64,000 nt of DNA from Phyllosticta citribraziliensis (Eukaryota), in assembly GCF_038025025.1 (NCBI RefSeq), contig NW_027117338.1:1984001-2048000 (forward strand), read 5' to 3'. Under the pieces are notes generated by a model that worked only from the letters and a program-made list of their open reading frames with translations, was not told the origin of the DNA and did not search any database. Of this stretch, positions 57,078 to 64,000 are shown piece after piece; positions within the stretch are counted from its first letter, which is position 1; the number at the start of each line of letters is the position of its first letter. A program made the translations under genes and the position numbers.

Positions 57078-58950
57078 ATGCCCGACCCCATCGCCAGCAA
57101 TAAGCCATGGCAAGAAGTTGCCGCCAGCCTCCAAGCGCACCGCGACGCGACCATAGCCGCGGTACGAACGCCGCTTCCCCCATTGCCCTCTTCGATACCG
57201 CGCAACACCATGGGCCTCGCAGCCCAACTCTTAACGGGCGACGAAGTCGCCATCACCGAGACGGCCCCTGAGGCGCTGCTATCGCAGCTGTCCGCGGGCA
57301 AGCTGTCCAGTACGGCCGTGACATCGGCCTTCCTGCGCCGCGCCGCGCTCGCCCAGGCGGCCACAAACTGCATCACGGAGCTGCTGCCAGAGCGCGCACT
57401 GGCGCGGGCCCAGGAGTTGGACGCGCACCTTGTGCTCAAAGGCACGCCCGTCGGCCCGCTGCACGGGCTGCCCATCAGCGTCAAGGAGCACGTCACCATG
57501 GGCGGCGGACTCAAGACGAACGCAGGCTTCTGCGCGTGGGCTGAGCACGAGGGCCCCAATGCCCTCATTCTGAATTATCTATGGGACGCGGGCGCCGTCT
57601 TCTATGCGCGCACGACGCAGCCGCAGACTCTGATGCACCTGGAGACGTCGAACAATATTTACGGCGCCTCGGTGAATCCGTTCAACACGGCGCTGACTTG
57701 TGGTGGTTCGTCCGGCGGAGAGGGCGCGCTAGTTGGGTTCCGCGGCAGCTGTTTGGGCATCGGGACTGATATTGGCGGCAGTATCCGCAGCCCTGCAGCA
57801 AATCAGGGGCTCTGGGGACTGCGGCCGAGCGCGCACAGGTTGCCCAACACTGGGACTACGTCGACAATGATGGGAGAAGAGCAGATCGTTCCAGTCATTG
57901 GACCAATCAGCACGTCTTTGGAGGGTGTCAAAGTCTTCACTAAGACCCTCATTGACCAAAGACCGTGGCTGAAGCAGCCAGACCTGATTCCCATCGGCTG
58001 GAGAGACGACGTGCAGTGGCTGAAGAAGAATGACAAGGGAGCCAAGAAGCTCAAGATTGGCATTCTCTCTGATGATGGTGTCGTGCGGCCTCATCCTCCT
58101 GTTCTGAGAGCAATCAACGAGGTGGTGGATAAACTCAAGGGCGTTGACGGCGTCGAGATTGTCGAGTGGAAGCCGTACAAGCACGATCTTGCCTGGGACG
58201 TGATCGTAAGCATAACGCCACAACTTTAATACCTGGTTCGACTGACCGACTGACGCTTGACAGGCCAGACTCTACTTTTGCGACGCGGGTCGCGAAGAGC
58301 TGCAGGCCATGGAGGCGTCTGGAGAGCCTCCACGCCCTCTGACCAAGTTCATCATCCATGAAAACTCCCACGTGCCAAAGCAGGCGTACACGGCGCCGGA
58401 GATATGGAAGTTCACCAGAGACCGCGACTCTTACCGCACCCAGTATGCCGAGCACTGGAACTCGACCGGTGGCGCGGATGGATCAGACATGGTGGACGTG
58501 ATCTTGTGTCCGGTTGGACCGGGGGCTGCTCCGCCGCTCGACCAGTCCAAGTACTGGGGTTACACCTCTCAGTGGAATCTACTAGACTATCCGGCGCTCG
58601 TTTTCCCGGTGCGTTGCACACCTCCACACCTGGTGCTTCCGATTTGCATCTAGATTGCTGACGAATTGCAGGTCTCGCAGGTCGACCCGGCCGTTGACGT
58701 TAAGGACGAGGCGTACAAGCCACGGAACGAACAGGACGAGTTCAACCACAAGCTCTGTATGTATTACCTTCATGACGACGAACAGGAGACTGATTCGAGA
58801 GCAGACGAGCCAGAGGTGTACCGCGACGCGCCTATTTCGTTGCAGCTGGTGGGACGGCCGCTGGACGATGAAAAGGTCATTGAGGCCATGGAATTGATTG
58901 TTGAGAAGACGGGATTGCCGTTCGCTGGCTTTGGTGTGAAGAAGGACTAA
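57078..58950 (+). CDS. Amidase-signature family enzyme (AmdS/acetamidase-like); introns about 58206-58263, 58609-58670, 58757-58804
   Basis: GPLHGLPISVKE (catalytic Lys), GGSSGGEGAL, GIGTDIGGSIRSPA (catalytic Ser) and YWGYTSQWNLLDYP. Confidence 0.93.
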
Positions 58951-60199
58951 GCGACCTAGGAGCGAGCCGACATGCCGTGTTGAAATGGACACAGGAGGTC
59001 GTCATCGAAGACGCGTTGACACGCGCGAATGATTTTTTAAAAGGTGTTTCGGGGAGACAAATGTTAGACAGGCAGACACAAGGATACGACGACACGTTCC
59101 CCCGCCGCTCTTTGGGTGCGTGCAGACAGTTTGCCGAAAGCGGAAATCGCAAGCGCTAGCTACGTGACCGCATCTTCACCACATCTTTTGCCTCTGCCTC
59201 TGACCTCTTCAGGTCCTGCGTGACGCCGCCCAAACGGCCCTTCGTATCATCGCAGGTCCGCTTTTGATAGCCCTCCCGGTTCGGCCGCATTCGGTTTTGC
59301 ATCCGAGATCCAGGGTCAAGGAAAGGGCAAGCTGTGCGAGAGAGAGCCTCGAGCCGCGCTTCTCACACCAACCCTAACTTTCTTCCAACGGCAGACAAAT
59401 CAACCTCGCGCAGCACACCAAGCAAAGAACAATCAGGAAGGAGTTGCGCGGAAGAGCCTAGACGGGCCTCGAGGTTGATCCCCGCATTGATCCTCGTCCG
59501 GCGCCAGCCAGCCGAGCGGCCCGCGTGCAGTCGCCAAACCAAACCCCCACGACGGCATTTCCCAAAGAGGAAATTCCGTCGCTGTCGTGGACCTCGACGC
59601 TGGCGCCGACGACTCCTCCGAAAGCCACCCCACCAGCCGGGACCCAAAAGCCTTACCCCGCGGGACCCGATACGGAGCCGCAACACTAGTCGTGGACATT
59701 GACCTGTTGACATGCACGCCCTTTCAGGCATGCCGGTGGCTGGCTGTCGTGAGTGGTGGGAAGGCAAAAGATCTGGGAAGCCACTTTTTTCTCTGCTGCA
59801 CTTTGTGTGGTGCCAGCAGGGTTGTTGATGCTGGCACCTCGTGACAACCAGGTACGCATTGCGCGTTGTTCTAATTGGGAATGAGCAAACGCGGTCGAGT
59901 GGCGGCTCCGGACGCTCTTTGAGCTGCTGTACGCATCCATTCGACGTGACAAGTCGTCGAGTTGATATAAATTCCCGCTCCCCAATCTTGCTCTCTTTTA
60001 GGTCGTCTCCCAAGTACTCCCGTTTTCTCGTCCCTGGCCTCTTCTGCCCACTCTGACAGCCCCTACGTCGTAACGATTCTCCCTTGCCATTGCCCCGAAT
60101 CGCTTGGCTAGACCAGGCTTTGTCCTCGACCACCGTCACAACTCGCGCTCAATTCGTCCAAAGCATTCGTTTGAGCCCCAAATTGCTCCTTTCTCCAGT

Positions 60200-61361
60200 A
60201 TGCCGCCATCCCCGATCCCCCAAAGCATGCTCCAGCGCATCCCTGGAATTCTGCGGCCGGCATCCTCGTCACTCAGATCCGCGCTACCAGCGACGGCCAC
60301 AAAGCCTCAAGGACATGCATTCAGCACCGGCGCGCCATTGCGGATCACGTCGAGGAGACCGACCGACAATGCTCCAAGAGCCACCGCAGCAGCGCCATCT
60401 CCGCCATCCGCTGACACGAACAGCAGCAAAACAGCGTACCTAGGCACGATGAAGCGACTTCCAGAGTTCAGCTTGGCGGGCAAGGTCATCCTGGTTAGCG
60501 GCGCGGCCAGAGGTCTCGGGCTGGTGCAGGCCGAAGCTTTGCTCGAGGCTGGCGCAACGGGTAAAGATCTTCGTCTCGCAAACCATGTTTACGTTTGTCA
60601 ACAGCTAACCATGCATTCCCTCCCGCAGTTTATGCTCTTGACCGACTCCCGATTCCTTCGCCCGACTTTGCGCCTATCCAAGAGCGCGCCCTCAACCATT
60701 TGGGCACGGAGCTGCACTACCGTCAGATCGATATTCGGGATGTCCAAGGGCTGAACAAGGTTGTTGGCGAAATTGCAGAAAAGCATGGCCGATTGGACGG
60801 ATTGGTTGCCGCAGCTGGTATCCAGCAAGAGACGCCGGCGTTGGAATACACCGCGGAGGATGCCAACACCATGTTCGAGGTGAATGTTACTGGCTCGTTG
60901 ATGACGTGCCAGGCTGCAGCAAAGCAGATGATCAAATTTGGCAACGGCGGCAGCATCGTCATGATTGCGAGCATGAGTGGAAGCCTTGCAAATAGGGTGA
61001 GTCTTGCCGTGCGCTCCACCCTCATGACTGGCGCTAACTTGGCTTCAAGGGTCTCTCCTGTTCCGCATATAACTCTTCAAAGTCGGCTGTCCTTCAGCTC
61101 GGGCGGAGTCTTGCTGCTGAGTGGGGAGCACATGGTATCCGCGTAAACACCATCTCCCCAGGATACATTGTCACATCCATGGTTGAAGAACTGTTCAAGT
61201 TGTACCCAGAGCGGAAGGCAGAGTGGCCCACTCAGAACATGTTGGGCAGGTTGAGTGCCCCAGAGGAGTACCGTGGAGCAACTGTGTTCTTGATCAGCGA
61301 CGCCAGTTCGTTCATGACCGGGTCAGACTTGAGGATAGACGGCGGCCACGCGGCCTGGTAG
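60200..61361 (+). CDS. SDR polyol dehydrogenase (D-arabinitol 2-dehydrogenase/sorbose reductase-like); introns 60561-60628, 60997-61049
   Basis: SGAARGLG, AAAGIQ, IASMSG, YNSSK catalytic motif, IRVNTISPGYI and TGSDLRIDGGHAAW. Confidence 0.88.
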
Positions 61362-61740
61362 ACACACAGATAGACAATCAAGACGGAATAGAATGCAGTC
61401 GAATTGCTGTTTTCCTTGTCGATTTTAACGTCGGCACAAGCTGCTAAACATGCACCGAAAGGCTCGTGAGAAGCTTCAGGCATATTTCCGTAGCCCAAGT
61501 CGCATGTCCGTCTCATTGCCGGACACTTGCTTGTTGCCACCTATTTCCGGAAGCGTGTCCCGTAGCATAGCAATGCTTGGGGTTCAGATGTGCGGCCAAA
61601 AATGCCATTCCCGGAAGAATCAAGTCTTTTGTCCCGCCTGTAGCAGACGCCGAGCTGCGGGACAAGATCCCCAGCGTTATTCCCGGCCGGCAAACTCAAT
61701 GATCTCGATTGTTCTTCAAGATTGGCATCCCGAAATCCTT

Positions 61741-62465
61741 TCAGACAGCCTCGACAACCCTTCTGGGTCCAAGCCTCTTCACGAAACCCCTTTCCAGTCC
61801 CATCTCTTCCTCAATTGCGTCGTCCGTCTTTCCCTCTCGATCCCGCATCACCAATACCCTTCGAATCAGCGTCGGGTCTAGAAACCGGCGTCCGGGGGCG
61901 CTCGGCTTGGCAGCGTTCTCCAGATCGGCCTCGGCCTCGCGCTGCAGACGATCGCGTGCAGAAAGTATGGACAGAGCAGGATTGGGCATAGACCCCGGGC
62001 GGTTGGGCCTGGCGGCGGTGGCAGCAGCGGCTCCTCCAGGCGGTGGAGGCGCGAAAGGGTTGGGGCCAGCGGAGAAGTCTGGCATGTTCGACTCGGACGG
62101 CCTGCGCGGGTCAAAGGGCGACGTGCTTCTATGCGAGTAGTAGGGGTTGGGTTGGACGGCGCCGATGGAGCGCAGTTTTGCGGCCAGCGCAGGGTCTTGA
62201 GCGTCACTTGTTATTGCTGGAATTGGGTCAGCGTGGAGAGTCTCGAAGTGTTATTGAAGGCGGAGGTCGCTGAGCAGGACGTACCGTCATCTTTGGCCTC
62301 GCTGGCTTCTGGTGCAGGGTGCACTGTTGGACCAGGTTGCGAGGCGCGAGATGCTGCGGCTGGTGATGGTTTGGGAGAGCGAGTTGCGGCCTGCGAGGCT
62401 TGTTTGGGATACACGCGCGCAGCTTTGCCAGCGCTGCGAGAAGCTTTTGAAGCCGAAGATCCCAT
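61741..62465 (-). CDS. Conserved fungal protein with N-myristoylation motif and C-terminal helix-turn-helix-like segment; intron 62217-62284
   Basis: MGSSASK start; spliced ITSDAQDPALAAKLRSIGAVQP; C-terminal FLDPTLIRRVLVMRDREGKTDDAIEEEMGLERGFVKRLG. Confidence 0.72.
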
Positions 62466-62875
62466 GTCTGGGCCGTGAAGGTATTGCGACGCGAATTGGG
62501 CTGAGAGAAATGCGACGGCGAAGTGGAGCAGAGAGAGGCGTTGGATGACGCTGCAGATCGGGAATGAGCGAGGGGACCCTTGCGGTCCAAGCTCATCCGT
62601 AATGCGGGTCGGCTGATTGGTGGAAATGGTCGTCAATTCTTCACTATTCACAGTCCCTGGTTATATATTCTCACATTGCACAGCGTAAATACGCCGACTC
62701 TCATCACATATGCACACCTGAAAATCTCTACAGGGCAAAATGCCCATCAACAAGAATATCGACAAGTCGTTCCAACACAAGAGACGTGGATTTCAGCCCT
62801 CCGCAGGCTCATCATTAAAAAATGCTATAATACAACGAGAGATTTCAACCCGAGAGACCAGCCCGAGTCCAACCC

Positions 62876-64000
62876 TTAAGCCAAGTAAAGATCAATGGCA
62901 TCGAGGACGACGTTGGGCGCCAGATACTCGTCGCCCGACGATCCAGAGATGACACTGATGGAGATGGTGTTGTCGCCCTCGACAATGGTGCCCTCGGGGA
63001 TCGAGACCTCGTAAATCTCGCCGTTGCCGCGGTAGCCACCGCGGGTGACGCCACGGCTGTCGATCTTGGTCGGGGCCGCGGGGGCGTCGGCCTCGTAGCT
63101 GTTGATGGTGGCCTGTGGCCTGCCGCCGGCGAAGGAGAGCGTGGTGCCGATGCGCAGCGTCGCGGCGCCCGTCTGGGCAGAGGTGGCCGTGAAGGTGATG
63201 GTGAGCGGGTCGTTGATGCCCATGAACAGCGCCATGGGGACGTCCGTGACCTCGGACGTGCCGACCGTGTAGTTCAGCGGGCCCCACGACTCCATGCGGC
63301 TGTCGGACGGGTGCATGCGCTGGAACTTGTCGCCGTTGCGGAACTCGAAAGGCTGTCCGTCCCACTCGCCGATCGTGAAGATTGCGTCAGGTGCGTTGAA
63401 CGAACTCTTAATGTCCGAGGTCTCAGTGGAGCCTGCGGTGACGGTAACGCTTGCGGTGGCCACCTTGAGCTCTTGCTGGTACAGAACTTGGGTGTAGGTG
63501 CCGGGCTGCATGGCGGGCGAAGTGAAGGCACCCGACGAGTCTGCGTAGACCCAGTATTGGAAGTCGTCATTGTACCAGTGAAGGACAATATCCTTTCCGC
63601 TGGTGGTACCAGAAGCAGTACCCGTGACGGAGCCGCGCGCATCCTCCGCAACGTAGCCGTCAATGCTGAGGTCCGAGAAGAACGAAAAGTCGAGCGAGTC
63701 GGCCGACGGGACGCCAGAGCGGCTGAACTGAAGAGCATAAGGCCCGTGGAAGCCCTGGCGGAATTCCTCAGTCTGAACATGCCCGCTGTTCATGTAGCTA
63801 TCGAGCCAGGTAAGCATGTCATCTTCCAACATTCTCAACGAGACTTACAAGTAAAGGTTGGTAGAGTCGCCAGCATTGTTGCTGTTGATGTCCTTGAAGA
63901 AGGGGCCGCCGCTGGAGCACTCGTACGAAAGGGGCTTGAGCAGCATGCAAGCGTGGATGGGATCGTCCTCACGGTAGACGCATTGGACGCTGTCATCAAT
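62876..64000 (-). CDS. Rhamnogalacturonan lyase (PL4), 5' end outside the window; intron 63798-63848
   Basis: [21 protein letters not shown]...[37 protein letters not shown] and [11 protein letters not shown] are RglA/RhgB-type motifs. Confidence 0.92.

Overview
Gene-dense eukaryotic DNA from a filamentous ascomycete (Pezizomycotina, inferred from short GT-AG introns with CTRAC branch points and the gene content). About 24 protein-coding genes can be reconstructed by hand, most of them spliced. In order: AGM1/PGM3, mitochondrial ribosomal mL40, Rho2, Nst1, kynureninase, Isa2, RPL28/uL15, a TRI12-like MFS transporter, an intronless bacterial-type SDR, an EF-hand MscS channel, KapC bZIP, a large Pro/Thr-rich repeat surface protein, DUF2458, Cox14-like, a Cys-rich membrane protein, an RRM nucleolar protein, an orphan 2-TM protein, a stand-alone TTL protein, RNase H2B, Mcm10, an amidase, a polyol dehydrogenase, a myristoylated HTH protein and a truncated PL4 rhamnogalacturonan lyase. 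No transposon, rRNA or CRISPR was seen. The most unusual element is an intergenic tRNA-like Pol III-type unit (21761-21838, minus). It has intact acceptor and T arms but a miniature GNRA-capped D arm and a non-canonical anticodon arm, and lies between the MFS gene and the SDR. Also notable: an ~820-nt ATG-free leader and a 6-nt microexon in rho2, a CCCTA/G4-like array between rho2 and nst1, MCB boxes in the RNH202-MCM10 bidirectional promoter, and a degenerate 33-bp minisatellite. All family assignments come from recognising motifs by eye; no searches were run.
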